In this document: in pieces, positions 1 through 13,500 of the stretch | Position numbering within the stretch: the stretch's first letter is position 1 | Layout of the letters: each line of letters starts with the position of its first letter | NCBI GenBank assembly: GCA_043228905.1 | Contig: JBHGNT010000005.1 | Coordinates: 9,300,001 to 9,364,000 of the forward strand | Reading direction: 5' to 3' | DNA: 64,000 nucleotides | DNA from: Azolla caroliniana | Lineage: Eukaryota; Plantae; Polypodiophyta | Notes under the pieces: model-generated | Database searches by the model: none | What the model was told of the DNA's origin: nothing | Seen by the model: the letters and a program-made list of their open reading frames with translations, nothing else | Translations under genes and position numbers: made by a program

Positions 1-1492
1 CATCTTAAGCATCTATTGGGCGATCGATGCCTCAACATGTACAAGTTGATTGGATTAGCAATTGATGGTGTGTCATCAATGATTGGTAGTGAAATTGGAA
101 CAGTAACATTAATGAAAAATGATATCCCAAATTTGGTTGGTATACATTGTATTGCTCATAGAGAAGCATTGGTTATTTCAGATGTATCTAAAGATATCCC
201 TGAGCTCATTCTTGTAGAAAAAATTGCAAATAGGGTATATGCATGGGCTAACAATAGTACCAAAAGGACACATGAAATTTTAGAGCTCTTGGACCAAATG
301 CAATTGGATGCTCATAGACCCTTACAAATTCATAATATTCGTTGGTTGTCACGTGGTCAAGTCATGGAAAGACTGGTGAGTATAATGCCTGTAATACTTA
401 CTATTTGGAAGAAAGAGAACTTAAACGAGTGGTATAATAAAGCTGATGTGTTGCATTTGATGAATATTTTGAGCTTGAAACTTCAAAAAGAGAATTTGGA
501 TGTAACTTCAATTCGTGCAAAAATTGATATTACTATTTCTAATTTGCGGAGGTCTTTCTTGAGAAATGACACATTTGCGGATGGAACAATGTATTTATCC
601 AAGTTCTTAAGATGTTCTAAAGTTGGGTTTTTGGAAATAGAGGATAAAGATGGCGTTACATATATACATGAACTATACTTCAAACAAATTCCTATGGATA
701 AAACAAGTCAAAATGATACGAATCCCAATATTGCAAAATCTAAGGGAATGAGGCCATTTATAGATGGATCACTTGAAAGTTGTATTAAACTATCTCAAAA
801 TTATGTGCAAAATACTATTGATGGGCTAAATGCAAGATTCCCTGACTTAAGCCTCTTCAATGCAGCAAAATTATTCAGCCCATGCCATTATGCAGATGAT
901 GATGTGATTAGGGATAGTAAAGCAAAGACATGGTTGGGAATTTTGATTTCTCACGTACAGCCAAATGTTGATGTCAATGCATGTCTTCAAATTTTACATG
1001 ATGCAAAGGCTTGTGAAATGGAACTCTATGGGTTTGTCAACACTTTACGTTTAAATTGTGAAGGCTATACTATGCATGAAGCTTGGCGTATGTTTTGCAA
1101 AATGAAGGATTGGCAAGATAGTTTCCTTCATTTGATGAAATTATGGCAAGCTACTTCGGTTATTCCGTCTAGCACAGTTTCATGTGAGAGAGGGTTCTCT
1201 AAGCAAAATCTCATCAAAGAGATGAAAAGAAATCGATTGAATATAAAGCATTTAGATGATTTAATGAGAGTCTCATTGAATGGGCCACACATTGAAGAAA
1301 TACAATGGGATCGTGTAAATGAAATTTGGAAAGATGCAAAGGATAGAAGGGTATAATATATTGTTTTGTACAAATATTCGATGTATTTACTTTTTGAAGG
1401 GCAATTTTTTTGACAAACCGTTATTTGATGGGTAAAATTTTTGGAATACCGTTCTCATGACAGGCAATGTTAGCCGTCAAAAGGCAACACTA
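1..1492 (+). mobile_element. hAT DNA transposon, right end
   Basis: Transposase ORF followed by ...AAGGCAACACTA (1481-1492), the reverse complement of a TAGTGTTG-type hAT terminus. The left TIR is outside the window, so TIR and TSD cannot be confirmed. Confidence 0.6.
16..1356 (+). CDS. hAT-family transposase, C-terminal part (5' end probably upstream of the window)
   Basis: 446-aa ORF with CxxH motif (HCIAHR), RWLS motif and hAT dimerisation-type C-terminus (IPSSTVSCERGFSKQNLIK...LDDLMRV). Confidence 0.85.
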   Translation: MGDRCLNMYKLIGLAIDGVSSMIGSEIGTVTLMKNDIPNLVGIHCIAHREALVISDVSKDIPELILVEKIANRVYAWANNSTKRTHEILELLDQMQLDAHRPLQIHNIRWLSRGQVMERLVSIMPVILTIWKKENLNEWYNKADVLHLMNILSLKLQKENLDVTSIRAKIDITISNLRRSFLRNDTFADGTMYLSKFLRCSKVGFLEIEDKDGVTYIHELYFKQIPMDKTSQNDTNPNIAKSKGMRPFIDGSLESCIKLSQNYVQNTIDGLNARFPDLSLFNAAKLFSPCHYADDDVIRDSKAKTWLGILISHVQPNVDVNACLQILHDAKACEMELYGFVNTLRLNCEGYTMHEAWRMFCKMKDWQDSFLHLMKLWQATSVIPSSTVSCERGFSKQNLIKEMKRNRLNIKHLDDLMRVSLNGPHIEEIQWDRVNEIWKDAKDRRV

Positions 1493-3775
1493 GATATGAG
1501 GGAGGATGTGGCATGCCAACAAACTTTGATGCAACGGGTTATTATGCTTTAGACTATACTATTGGTTTTCTTCTACATGGTAGTGAAACGAGACTTTTTG
1601 AATTAGTTCGTGATTGCATCCTTCTATTCTCTAATAAGCTTATCTATGCTACATAACCTTCAAGTGTTTATGCTTCACCATAGGAAGAGTTTATTTCAAT
1701 ATATTTCTATATATTTCTATATAGATGGTAATTTGACACAACTAACAAAGGAATGGAATGTTTGAGGCACGACTTAAACCCAACTTATGGGCATTGAAAA
1801 AAGAAAGGTATATACAAGTGCATAGTTATTTTCATGCGTTGGATTAGAATTTATGACAATGGTGTTCCTATTGAACTAATATTTGTAATCTCGATTATCA
1901 TATTTAATGGATCATGGTTTTCTAGGTATGTATATATGTACTAGAAAGCTCATTTCACTTTTCAAAGTGTTTTGTTTCCAATGAAATCAAATTCAAGTTT
2001 CATTAATTATACCTTAGAGCAACACGTAAGTAATCCAAGCGCATTCATTGCAAAGGCATCAAGAAACGTAGTTCAAATAAAAATTGTTTGATAAGGATGT
2101 CATGAGGATAAAATGCCTCTTTTGAGTTTGGATGTAGCCAATGATGAGGAAAATTATCAAAAAACATTTGCATGAGTCCAAAACACTTATTCAAAGAACG
2201 TGAAGAATACGTAGAGTTACTTGATAATTTCTCCACCGAACACAAGAGAGAACACATTCATGTGCTAAATTTTGGGGAAATCTAAAGCGGAAACAAGTTG
2301 ACCATTATGATGCCTTACCTCTTATGGACTTGTCTATGCATTGTATTTATCAATGCATAGACAAAATAGAGTCAATTAGAGTGGGCATCCTTGCTTAACA
2401 CCAATTGTATTATTGAACACTCTAAAAGTCCATTTTCCATACACATGACATATGAACCTTCTCATAGATTCGAGAAACTACAAGCATATGTTCACCTAGT
2501 GCCTCCTTTTGTGAACATCAAAACCATGAAGTTATAACATAATTGCCCCTTAATATCCTTGGCATGTACCCAAAATGATTCTATTTATATTTCTTACTTG
2601 ATGTTTTGAACGAGCAACCTCAACGTGGGCCGTATTGGCTGAACAAGCCGAGAGCCAAATCGGATGAAGACCAATTGGCTAAGCCCGGATCAGATCGGAG
2701 AACTGGATTGGTGAGCCAAATACGCACGTGAGCTAGTAGGCCATTAGAGGCCTACACACCTAGATTATTAGGTAATCATAGTTTTGGGAGTTAGTGTCAG
2801 TAGCTCAATTATGAGCATTGAAGTACTTGCTAGTACTTCTAGCCGTCCTTTATGGACTTGTATAAAAGTGCTCATTGAGCACATTTGTATGTATAGAGTA
2901 TTTGTTGAGCGGGCAAGCTCAACTGGATCCGGATCGACTGAATAAGCCAGAGCCAGATCAGTATCCGGAACGGAGAACCCGATCGGTGTACGGATAGATC
3001 GGTATCCGGAACCTAGAGCCGGATCGGAGAACCTGATAGTACTCTGGAATGGTGTGAACCAGTAGGCCATTGGCAGTCTATGGTCTGAGCCTAGCACGTA
3101 GGCATATTCCTTGGAAATAGTGTAGAAGCTCATTTATGAGCATCCAAGTACTTATGGTAGTTGTGCCAGTCTGTGTAAGGACTTGAATAAAAGTGCTCTT
3201 TGAGCACATTCTATGTACACAACATTATTATTTTGAAATTAAGTTTCTATTTTTCTGTCTCTGTCTCTACCGTGTATTCAAGCTTTCCATTAAACCTTCG
3301 TTCTATGTTCTACTGTGATCCGGACTAACCGGTTTTGTCTTAGCTTTAGCACAATATCTTTTACATGGTATTAGAGTGCGCCGATTGAGAGTCCTCTACT
3401 GCCGAAGAGTGACGGTCACAGACAAACCCTAACACCCGGTAAAGAACAAGAAGCAGAGAATGGACTGAGGAATGGCTAGCTCGCTCCCGGCGGAGAAGCT
3501 CGACAAATCCAACTATGCATCTTGGTCATATAAGATGCACCAATACCTTCTCGGGCATGGCTACTGGAGTTATGTCGACGGAGCTAACGATACCACAAAG
3601 AGTGGTTCTCCTTTCTCGAGAAGCTGGAGAAGCCGGGGGTAGTTGAAACCGAGGATGACACCCCACATCCCATCGAGCACATCAGAGATGTCCCTCTGAG
3701 CCATGTTGGTCAGAAGGGAATCACAAGGAACATCCTGCATGTACTGACAATCACCAAGAACTTGGTGTTGGTCGG

Positions 3776-4163
3776 TGTTGAGAATCAAGCTCAACTTGGT
3801 CTAGTGTGTGAACTCACCTTGAGAGTGAAGAGACACTCCAACGGTCAAGAGTCACCATTATGTCACCACTTTGTATTCTAGCATTTAGTATGAGTCATAG
3901 AATCATATTCTATGACACATAACTTATGAGCTTTCACATTCCCCATGCTCCATGAGGCTTGTAGTTAATGAAGAGAGAGGGTGACTACATAAAGCACCCT
4001 CCTCCCACCTTGTAATAGGTTAAGTCTTTCTCCTTTGTCAATATACTTTATCTTGCGTATTCTCTGTGGATTACTCCTTGTCTCTCTCACTCTCACTCTC
4101 TCTCATACACACTCAGTTCATACCTATTCCGCTTCACAAGAATCCATCTCTTGATTCTTTACA
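3776..4163 (+). mobile_element. Solo LTR (Copia type, start similar to the LTR at 47000)
   Basis: TGTTGAGAATCAAGCTCAAC...TTTACA; TSD GTCGG/GTTGG; element B coding sequence resumes after it. Confidence 0.85.
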
Positions 4164-4168
4164 GTTGG

Positions 4169-6142
4169 TCAGATCGTAGATCAAGGTATGCAGGTCTGGT
4201 TCACTCACCATAGATGCTTCATCGAGGAGGAAGGCCGGATCATCGCGCAAGGGTGCAAGGATGGAAGATGTTCATCCTCGAAACCAATGATGTAGGCACC
4301 GCTATGTTTGCAAAAGGGCAGAAGGTCGAGTTGTACATCGACCTCTAGCATAAGAGAATTGGCCACATCAACTTTCGGAAGCTTCAAGATATGCAGTCGG
4401 AACATGTGGTTTCTGTACTGCCGAAGTTTAATGGCCGAAAAGGCCAAGTATGTGAAGCTTGCTAGCTCGGGAAGCAGCATAGGCTTCTGTTCCCCAATGA
4501 GAAGAATCGGAGCCGGAATTGACTCGATCTCATCCATTCGGTTGTGTGGGGACCGACACAAAATGTGAGCATCGGCGAGAGTCGATGTTTCGTCTCCTTC
4601 ATCGACGATTTTAGCCAACACACCTAGATCTACTTAATTGAGAAGAAGAGCGAAGTCTTCTTGTGCTTCTGGGACTTAAAGAACCATGTAGAATGAGAAA
4701 TCGGAAAGAAGATCAAGTGTCTATGATCGGATGGCGGAAAAGAGTACTTTTTTGGCCAATTCACGAGTTATCTACAGATGAAGGGAATCAGACGAAAGTT
4801 CTCCTATAGATACACGCCGGAGTAGAATGGTGTGGCCGAACGTCAGAATCAGATGATGGTAGAAGTTGAGAGGGCAATGCTGGAGGAGAAGAGCATGCCC
4901 CGGATTTATTGGGTTGAAGCAATTTGGACTACCGTCTACATACATAATCAGACATCTGCCTTAGGGACAAAGGTGTCGCCGCACGAACTATATTTTGCAC
5001 GGAAGCCAGATTTGATGCACTTTCGGGTATTCGGTAGCATTGCCTATGTGCATGTGCCATATGAGAAGCGGAAGAAACTGGATGCAAAATCTGAGAAGCG
5101 CATCCTGGTTGGCTACTCCGACGAGCAGAAGGGGTACAAGTGCTACCTACAACCACCGTTTGAAGCAAGTCCAATTTAGCCGTGATGTCTTCTTCGACAA
5201 ATCCGCATGTTGGTACTTCTCATCACCCGAACCTGAGCCGATTGCTGTGAACGATGCAACTGATTGCGGAATAGAAGGAAGCATAACGACATCCAAACTG
5301 GATAGTTCGACTTCTCTTCGAATCAATGGACTGAATCCAAACTGGTTGAGTCGGAGCAGTTAACGGGATGACGAGCAGACGAATAGCAAAGACTTGGTCG
5401 TGCTCTCCCCGCGCAAGGAATTGAGGAGATGGTTCACGAGCAAAGAGAAAGGGAAGAAGAAGATGTCGAAGTACGACACATATAGGGAAGAGTCGGATTG
5501 GAGCGAATCCGACTCCGGAAAGAACAAAGACAGATCTTTGGAAGAGAAGTCCGAGTCGGCCAAGAGGGCCATGAAATCGTCAAAACAGAAGTTGCACCGT
5601 TCCACCCACCAAAAGCACCCCGTAATTCATTACGGATATAACGAGTCTATGGCGCATCATTATGCGTACATGGTGAAGGTGGCAGCCGTGTGTGAGCCGG
5701 AGAGCTACGTAGAAGCGGCTAAGGATTCGAACTGGTAGAAGGCCATGGAGGAAGAGATGCACACGCTCACGGAGAATGATACATGAGACTTGGTGGATGT
5801 ACTAGAAGGAGTGAAGCCGATCGTTACCGGTGGGTATATAAAGTCAAATACAATGCCGCCGGCTCCGTTAACCAGTACAAGGCCCGACTGGTGGCAAAAG
5901 GCTACGTGCAGCAGCACGAAATCGATTATGAAGAGACTTTCGTGCCAGTTGCGAAGATGACAATAGTCATGTGTCTTGCTTACGGTGGTGGCGGCGCAGG
6001 GGTGGCATCTACATTAGATGGATGTGAAAAACACGTTCTTGCAAGGTGACCTTGAGGAACAAGTGTATATGGTCCAACCCCCCGGTTTTCAGTCCGGAAT
6101 GAACACGTTGGTTGTTTGCCGACTGAAGAAGTCCCTTTACGG
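4169..6142 (+). pseudogene. Copia B pol fragments (GAG-pre-integrase, integrase, N-terminal RT)
   Basis: Fragmented ORFs with [32 protein letters not shown] and [10 protein letters not shown] motifs; many stops and frameshifts. Confidence 0.9.
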
Positions 6143-6420
6143 TGTCGTGATGTGGCATGTCTAGTGCGAGAAAAAGTCAAAAATTGAGGATCCACACACA
6201 TTTCACAAATACTTGTAAAAATGAAAATAAATCAGTAATAAATAAACCTAGGTCACAATGGCATTGAGTGCATGTAGAGGGCTGCAAGTAAGATTTGAAC
6301 CTTGCACCTCTAAGATAAGAGGCAATTACCTTACCACTAAAGCTACTATTAAGTGCTTTAGATTTTCTATATTTCTTTCTCATATTCAGTATTCCGTAGG
6401 AAACAAACGTACAAAACCGT

Positions 6421-8239
6421 TGTCGTCAAAATCCGTCACTATGTGCGGATCGTGAAGCAAAACCGCCGGGGTTATGGATGGGAAGGAAAAAGGTCTCACA
6501 CGCACAACACAAGGAAGGCTTACACAAACAAGGCACGAGTATTCGAACGTGTTTGTGAAAAGGAGAGGTGCATGGGCAATCCCGAATCAACCCCTAGTCA
6601 CAAGGCGAATGAATGCACGCGAGGAAGGCTTACACACGGACACAGAAGGAAAAGGCTTACTTACACACACGAGAGACAGAGTTTCGAATGCCTTTGTGAA
6701 AAGAGAGGTGCATGGGCAAGCCCGAATGCTCCCTTGTTACAAGACACGCGAACACACAAGGAAAAGGCTTACTTACACACACGAGAGACAGAGTTTCAAA
6801 TGCCTTTGTGAAAACAGAGGTGCATGGGCAAGCCTGAATGCTCCCTTGTTACAAGACACATGAACACACAAGCAAGGTTTACACACGAGAGACACAAATT
6901 TGAATGCCTTTGTTAAAGGAGAGGTGCATGGGCAAGCCCGAACGCTCCCTTGCCACAAGTCGCACGAACACACAAGCAAGGTTTACACACGGGAGACACA
7001 ATTTTGAACACCTTTGTGAAAGGAGAGGTGCATGGGCAAGCATGAACGCTCCCTTGCCACAAGTCGCATGAACACACAAGCAAGGTTTACACATGGGAGA
7101 CACAATTTCGAACGCCTTTGTGAAAGGAGAGGTGCATGGGCAAGCCTGAACACTCCCTTGCAACAAGTCGCACGAACACACAAGCAAGATTTGCACTAAC
7201 ACACAAGACATGATTTCAAACACCTTTGTGAAAGGAGAGGTGCATGGGCAAGCCCGAACGCTCCCTTGCCACAAGTCGCACGAACACACAAGCAAGATTT
7301 ACACTAACATGCAAGACACGTAAGTTTGAATGCCTTTGTGAAAGGAGAGGTGCATGGGCAAGCTCGAAACGCTCCCTTGTCACAAGACACACAAAAAAAT
7401 AAGCACAAAAGACGATAACATATAAGACACATAGGTTTGAATGCCTTTGTGAAAGGAGAGGTGCATGGGCAAGCCCGAAACACTCCCTTGTCACAAGACA
7501 CACAAACAAATAAGCACCAATGAAGATAACAAATAAGCACAATCAAGATTTACATATAAGACAAGTAGATGAAAGAAAACATTAGTTTATATCAATATAA
7601 TAGATTCTTTTATAATATAAGAATCATGTTACAATGGGTTGGATGTGAATATGAAGGATTGTTTATAAAGGAATGGGGGAAGAGAGGTGGATGAAAGAAG
7701 AGATTGGAGTATAGAAGGAGTTTCTTTGTTGATGATGCCTCTCGATGTTGTTGATCCTTCTACTTCCGCTTTCTAATTGAGTAGAGCTTCTGCGTTCCTT
7801 CTCCCTCCCCCCCTTCTTCACTAGAATAGGCTCTTATTTATAGGTTTAGGATTGCTTGCCTTTTTCCCCTAAAAAATATCTTGTCTATATGAGTCGACTT
7901 TTCTTTTCCTCACTATTTCTGTTTTCTAGCCTCCGATTTCACATGCAAGATATTCTTGGAAAGCTCTTTAGGTTAGCTTTCTTATGCATCTTTTCTTTTC
8001 TACTTTGGACATTTGACGAGGAAATTATGAGCTTTTTACTCAACCTTGCTCCTCATATCCACGACTAGCTTTTCTTTTCCCATCTTTTTCTCTATTTTTG
8101 TCTACTTTCGAAAACCTCTTCTAACTTTTTATCCTTTCATCTATTACTATAGTTGAGTTAAGAAAATTAGTTTATTTGGACCACTATTTTATTCTCTTTT
8201 GAGGGTGGTTTCACACTATTTGTCGAAAACATCACGACA
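6421..8239 (-). mobile_element. Large solo LTR (1.8 kb) with internal tandem array
   Basis: TGTCGT...ACGACA termini; perfect 4-bp TSD CCGT (6417-6420, 8240-8243); minus-strand TATA (CTATAAATA) near 7835-7843. Confidence 0.85.
6551..7545. repeat. Tandem repeat, 9 units of about 104-140 bp
   Basis: Core CTTTGTGAAAGGAGAGGTGCATGGGCAAGCCCGAA recurs near 6551, 6691, 6803, 6907, 7011, 7115, 7223, 7333 and 7444. Confidence 0.95.
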
Positions 8240-8666
8240 CCGTGTACACAAAACCATGGTTTTCTGCATGTCACGAATCAAAACTGTGTGCACAGAAACC
8301 ATGGCTCCAAGCCCATGGTTTTGTGCATTGACAAACCTATAAAACCCCTAGTACGGCTTGTGTAAAGGGGGGGGCTCAATATGTGATATTATCATGATCA
8401 CTATCACCATCTATATAATAATCTTATTCTTATTATTCTTGTTTATCTTCTTCTCGAGTGTAAAAATTTCCGATCTTCTCAAGTGTAGTGCTCATTGTTT
8501 CCCAAATCTTACATTCACATCGTCCTCTTCTCAATAACTCCCTGGTCCAAGACCCCAGTGGTCCCGTTCAAGCGAAGCACGCACGCACGCGCATCTTTGC
8601 GACATCTCTTGGTGAACCTGATGTGAAGAAGTGGTAGGAAGGATCAAGACGAGTATCGACTAATAC

Positions 8667-9485
8667 TTGGGGATGGCATCCTCAAGCAATCAAGTGGGAG
8701 AGTTTGAAAGAATGATGATAATCTTCGAACAAATGATGAGATCTCGGGACAACGATGCGAGCGTGGAGAAGGCCGTCAACCGTGTCGTGGAGGTCGAGGG
8801 TCAATTTGACGGAAAGAACATTACGAAGTTCCTTGATGCATACAGAAGGGAGATGAATCAGAGGGACGTGTCTGAAGTGCGTCAAATTACAAGTTTCAAG
8901 AGAGTGGTCGCCAACAACATCCAAAGACGCGTCATCGAGCTTCAAGAAGGCAAGACAACGTGGTCAGAGTTTGAAAGATCAATATTAGCGGAGTTTGCGA
9001 TGGAAGATTTGTCGAGGATGACTCGACATGTCTTGATGAAGTGGATAGAAAAGAAAAATAAGAAGATGAACGCCTCGAGGGTATACAACGAGTTCGATCA
9101 TATGTTTAGTAGTCTCCCCACCACAGACCAAGTGCTACTAGAGGAGGACAAGAGTTTGTACTTCCTAAAAGCTATGGATATGAAGGATAAACGAGAATTG
9201 GGGGCTCTCTTCGAAGATGATACCCAAGCGAACAGACTTGTGGCCAACTGGGCTGCGGTGAATCGAGCGTGCAACAAGATCGATAGGCGTCATCAATGGC
9301 TTGATGATATTGACTTGGCAAGTACAAGAGTAGAAAAAACAAGAACACCTAAAGAAGTCGAGCCGCCTAAACAAAGAAACCTACATGAAAAGAAGATTGA
9401 TGATGACTCGAGGACGGAGAAGGCCACTTTGAGGGAGGACGAATGTTTTGGAACACACATCATGTTCAAATCATTGGATGATTAA
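8667..9485 (+). CDS. Gag-like protein of the left non-autonomous LTR element
   Basis: 272-aa ORF directly after the PBS; FDGKNITKFLDAY…TTWSEFERSIL resembles a retrotransposon capsid; homologous to the minus-strand gag at 24438-25888. Confidence 0.7.
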   Translation: MGMASSSNQVGEFERMMIIFEQMMRSRDNDASVEKAVNRVVEVEGQFDGKNITKFLDAYRREMNQRDVSEVRQITSFKRVVANNIQRRVIELQEGKTTWSEFERSILAEFAMEDLSRMTRHVLMKWIEKKNKKMNASRVYNEFDHMFSSLPTTDQVLLEEDKSLYFLKAMDMKDKRELGALFEDDTQANRLVANWAAVNRACNKIDRRHQWLDDIDLASTRVEKTRTPKEVEPPKQRNLHEKKIDDDSRTEKATLREDECFGTHIMFKSLDD

Positions 9486-9539
9486 GGAGGAAACTTAATC
9501 AAAGCTTGCATCAAGGGAGATAAAGATTTTGAGGTCAAC

Positions 9540-10443
9540 ATGATGGAAGATCTAGCCACTAAAATCGACATCAAGGAGGTGGCAATGAACAAGACAACAA
9601 GTGTCGACAATGACCACGGCCAGATTTTCTCCGCACTTGTTCCAGAGACTTGGGTAGTTGTGTCCAAGAACCAACATGAGACCCAAGAGATAGAAGGTGT
9701 TGGCGAGGAGCCGAAGGTCGAAACTAATACATGCGATGAAGAGGGAAACATAATTGAGGCTTGTTCAATCAAGAGGGTTAATGGGTACGAGGCCCATAAG
9801 TCTAAAGAGGTAGCCACGAAAGAAGACATCGAGTCAGAGATGGCTATGGACATGTCAATGGAGAATGACCATGTTGAGACTTTCCCACCACTAATTCCAG
9901 AGACTTCGATAGTTGGGTTCGAAAGGCAATGTGAAACCAAAGAGACAGAAGGTGGTGAAGAAAAAACAAAGGTCAAAGCTAATGCATACGACAAAGAGCT
10001 GAGGAGGTGGCTATGAACGAGTCAATGGAGAATGGCCATGTCGAGACTTTCCCACCACTAATTCTAGAGACTTCGGCAGTTGCATTCGAAAGGCAACGTG
10101 AGACCAAAGAGACAAAATGTGGCAAAGAAAAAAAAAGGTCAAAGTTGATGCATACGACGAAGAGATAGCCGAGAAGGTGGCTATGGGCGAAACGACGGAG
10201 GATAGTAATACCAATGATTCCTGCCCACTAATTCTAGAGAGTTCGGCAGTTGTGTTCGAGAACCAACATGAGACTGGAGAAACGGGAGGTGATAGCAAGG
10301 AACGTAGAGCTGAAAGTGAGTTTAGACGGAAGATGATCCAGACGGAATTCCAGCCTAAACAAAAGCCGAACCAGGTGGAACTGGATTCGGCTGAAATCAG
10401 ATTAGTCGAGCCTGACCCAGATGGAAATTGTTCTAGCCAATAG
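9540..10443 (+). pseudogene. Acidic, internally repetitive ORF of the left element (continues 16231-16724 after Copia C)
   Basis: Repeated E(V/M)AM…P.L.PET..V..E.Q.ET module; homologous to 23727-24437 (-) and 54668-55350 (-); no PR/RT/INT motifs. Confidence 0.6.
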
Positions 10444-10534
10444 CTGATTAGACGAGACTGATCCGGAAAGAAGCTAATTTGACTCAATTGGAGGTCGAAC
10501 TGGTCGAGGCCGGTGAACACGAGGAAATGGAAGT

Positions 10535-13500
10535 TGTTGAGAGACAAGCTCAACATCGGGCGGATCGGCTGAGCAAGCCGAGGACCGGATCGGTTGAGAC
10601 CGATCGGTTAGGCCGGATCGGTACCGGTACGCAGACCGGTGCGTAGGGAGGCCATAGGAAAGATATTCCGCAAGGAATATATTTGGGAGTTAGTGTAGGG
10701 GCTCCTTAATGAGCATTGAAGTACTGTCAGTACTTCTGTCAGTCTGAAAAGGACTTGTATAAAAGTGTTCATTGAACACACACGATGTACAGATTGAGTA
10801 TTATTTTGAATATAGTTCTGGTTTTTACTCTCTCTCTCTCTCTCTCTCTCTTGTGCGTACTGTGCAAACCTAAGCTTTCCATTAAACCTGCGGTTTTGGT
10901 TGTTCGGTTTCCTATATTGCTTTCGCACGCCATTCTTTTCATGGTATTAGAGTGCGAGGGTTAAGAACCTCTGCAGTCGACTTTGCTTGAAGGAAAAACC
11001 AACGAAGAAGAACTAGAAAACCGATGGACAGAGGAATGGCTAGCTCGCTTTCGACCGAGAAGCTCGAGAGAACCAACTACGCATCATGGTCCTACAAGAT
11101 GCACCAGTACTTGCTTGGGCACGGTTACTGGAGCTATGTCGAAGGAGCGAATGACGTGGCACCCGAATTGACACACAAAGACTTCCCGGCCTGGGAACAA
11201 TCGGCGAGTAGAGTGTTGTACTATTTCGCGTCTTGTGTGGGCGAACAACTATTAAGCTACGTTTGGGATGCAAAAACGCCGAAGGGTGCATGGGAAAATC
11301 TGAAGAAGATCTTTATCGCGAGCACCACAACCAGGAAGCTTCAGCTCCGACAGGAGTTGAGCAACCTACGACAATGCGATTTGTCAGTGGCTGACTATAC
11401 CTCGAAGATCAAGGACATATGCGACTCCTTAGCTTCCATCGATGTGAACATCGAGGAAAGCGAGATGGTCTAGGTCTGTCTTGGGGGTTTGGCGTCGAAG
11501 CTCGGGGCGTTCCGAACTACTGTGTGTACCCGGGAGAATAGGCCGTCCTTTTTCGACTTATAGTCGATGCTCCTGGTAGAGGAGAACCACGCAGATGCAT
11601 CAACGAGCACGCACACCGACAACAAGATGCTGTACACAGAGGGAGATAAGACCCGTGGACGTGGAGGACGAGGCGAGTCGGTGCGCAATGGAGACGGCCG
11701 ACGAGATCAAGGAAGGAGGCACCGAAATGATGCCGACAGCAATTACGGACCCTCCGGAAATAGGGGGAGTCGAGGCGATGAGAACCGACAAGGGAAACCC
11801 GCCACGGAATGCTGGTACTATGGCAAGAAAGGCCACAGGGAGAGCGAGTGCTGGAAAAAGCGCGCCAAGTCGGAGAGGACCAGTTCTGGATCTAGTTCCG
11901 GACATACCGACAAAGGAAACCGACAGCGATCGCACTACGCCGAAGGATCTGGAAAAGCTGGAAAAGGGTCTACCTTCGTGACGAGACACGAAACAAACTC
12001 AATGAAGCAGACCACCCCGAAATCGGACGAGGTGTGGTATGTCGACTTTGGCGTGTCAAATCACATGACGAGCCATAAGGAGCGGTTCTCGTACCTAGAA
12101 AAACCGATGCAACCGGGAGTAGTCGCAACCGGAGACGACACTCCGCATCCGATCGCGAATGTTGAAGAAGTTCCCCTGAGCCATGTCGGGCAGAAAGGGA
12201 AACTCATGAACGTGCTACACGTTCCGACAATTACGAAGAACTTGGTGTCGGTCAGACAGATCGTCGACCAAGGGATGGAGGTCCGGTTTACACACCTCGG
12301 GTGCTTCATTGAGGAAGAAGGCCGTGTTATTGCGCAAGGGCGTAGAGATGGGAGGATGTTCATCCTCGACTCTACTGACGGTGGCACCGCAAAGTTCGCG
12401 AAGGGACAAAAAGTCGAGTCGGACATCGACTTATGGCATAAGCGGATAGGCCACGTAAACTACCAACGGCTTCAAGACCTGCAATCGAAACAAGTGGTGT
12501 TCGGATTGCCCAAATTTAGTGGCCGAAAGGCACAAATTTGTGAAGCCTGCCAGCTTGGGAAGCAACACTGACTTCCTTTCCCCAACGAGCGTAACTAGAG
12601 CCGGAACAAGCTCGACTTGATACACTCCGATGTGTGGGGGCCGACACAAAACGTTAGTCTTGGCGGGAGCCGATATTTCGTCTCCTTCATCGACGACTAC
12701 ATGCGGCACACGTGGATCTACCTCATTGAGAGGAAGAGCAAAGTCTTCGACTATTTCCGGGACCTCAAAGGGTTCGTGGAAACGGAAATAGGAAGAAAGA
12801 TTAGGTGCCTGCGGTCGGATGGTGGAAAAGAATACTTTTTAGGTCAATTCAACGATTATCTACAACAGATGGGAATTCGGCGCAAATTCAGTTCTAGATA
12901 CACGCCGGAGCAAAACGGCATGGCCGAGAGGAAAAATTGGTCGGTTGTGGAAGCGGCATGAGAAATGCTGGAGGAGAAGAGCTTGCCCAAGTTCTACTGG
13001 GCCAAGGCGGTAAGGACCGCGGTATGCATCCAGAACTGGATCGGAGACAAAGCATCGGTGCACGAGCTATATTTCGGAACGAAGCCAAACTTGTGCCGAA
13101 GGAGAAACGGAGGAAGCTGGACGCAAAGGCTGAGAAATGTATCTTGGTTGGTTACTCGGACAAGCAAAAGGGTTATAAGTGTTATAACCTGCGCACCAAA
13201 CAAGCGCGCGTGAGCCACGACGTTGTGTTTGATGAGTCCGCGTCCTGGTACTTGCCTCCAACTCCAGATCTCAACTCCAATCCGAGCTCTGACGATGAGG
13301 TCAGCGAGACTGAGATGCCTCCGGATGAGCCTGAAATCGAAACCCGCGAAGAGAGTCCGATTTTGTTTTGGTTAAGTGGACCGAATGGATGACTGAGTCG
13401 GTTTGACCAGTCTGATGAAGAGCCGACGAGTAGTGGAGACTCGGCCGTGCATTCCCCGCGTAGGAAGCCGAGGAGACAGCTTATGCGCAAAGAGAAAGGG

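Larger units (their letters stand above)
6143..8604 (+). repeat. LTR type X (about 640 bp net, split by a solo LTR at 6421-8239)
   Basis: Near-identical to the inverted copy at 22384-23023; TATA (TATAAAA) near 8337; followed by TCTCT and PBS TGGTGAACCTGATGTGA (8610-8626). Confidence 0.9.

Noticed and set aside
1500-2598. Short ORFs in AT-rich spacers (also 39170-40700 and 43000-44570)
   Set aside because: No recognisable motifs; probably decayed repeats or intergenic DNA.
6551-7545. CRISPR-like repeat/spacer appearance
   Set aside because: The linkers are homologous to each other, the array lies inside a TSD-bounded LTR, the DNA is eukaryotic and no cas genes are present.
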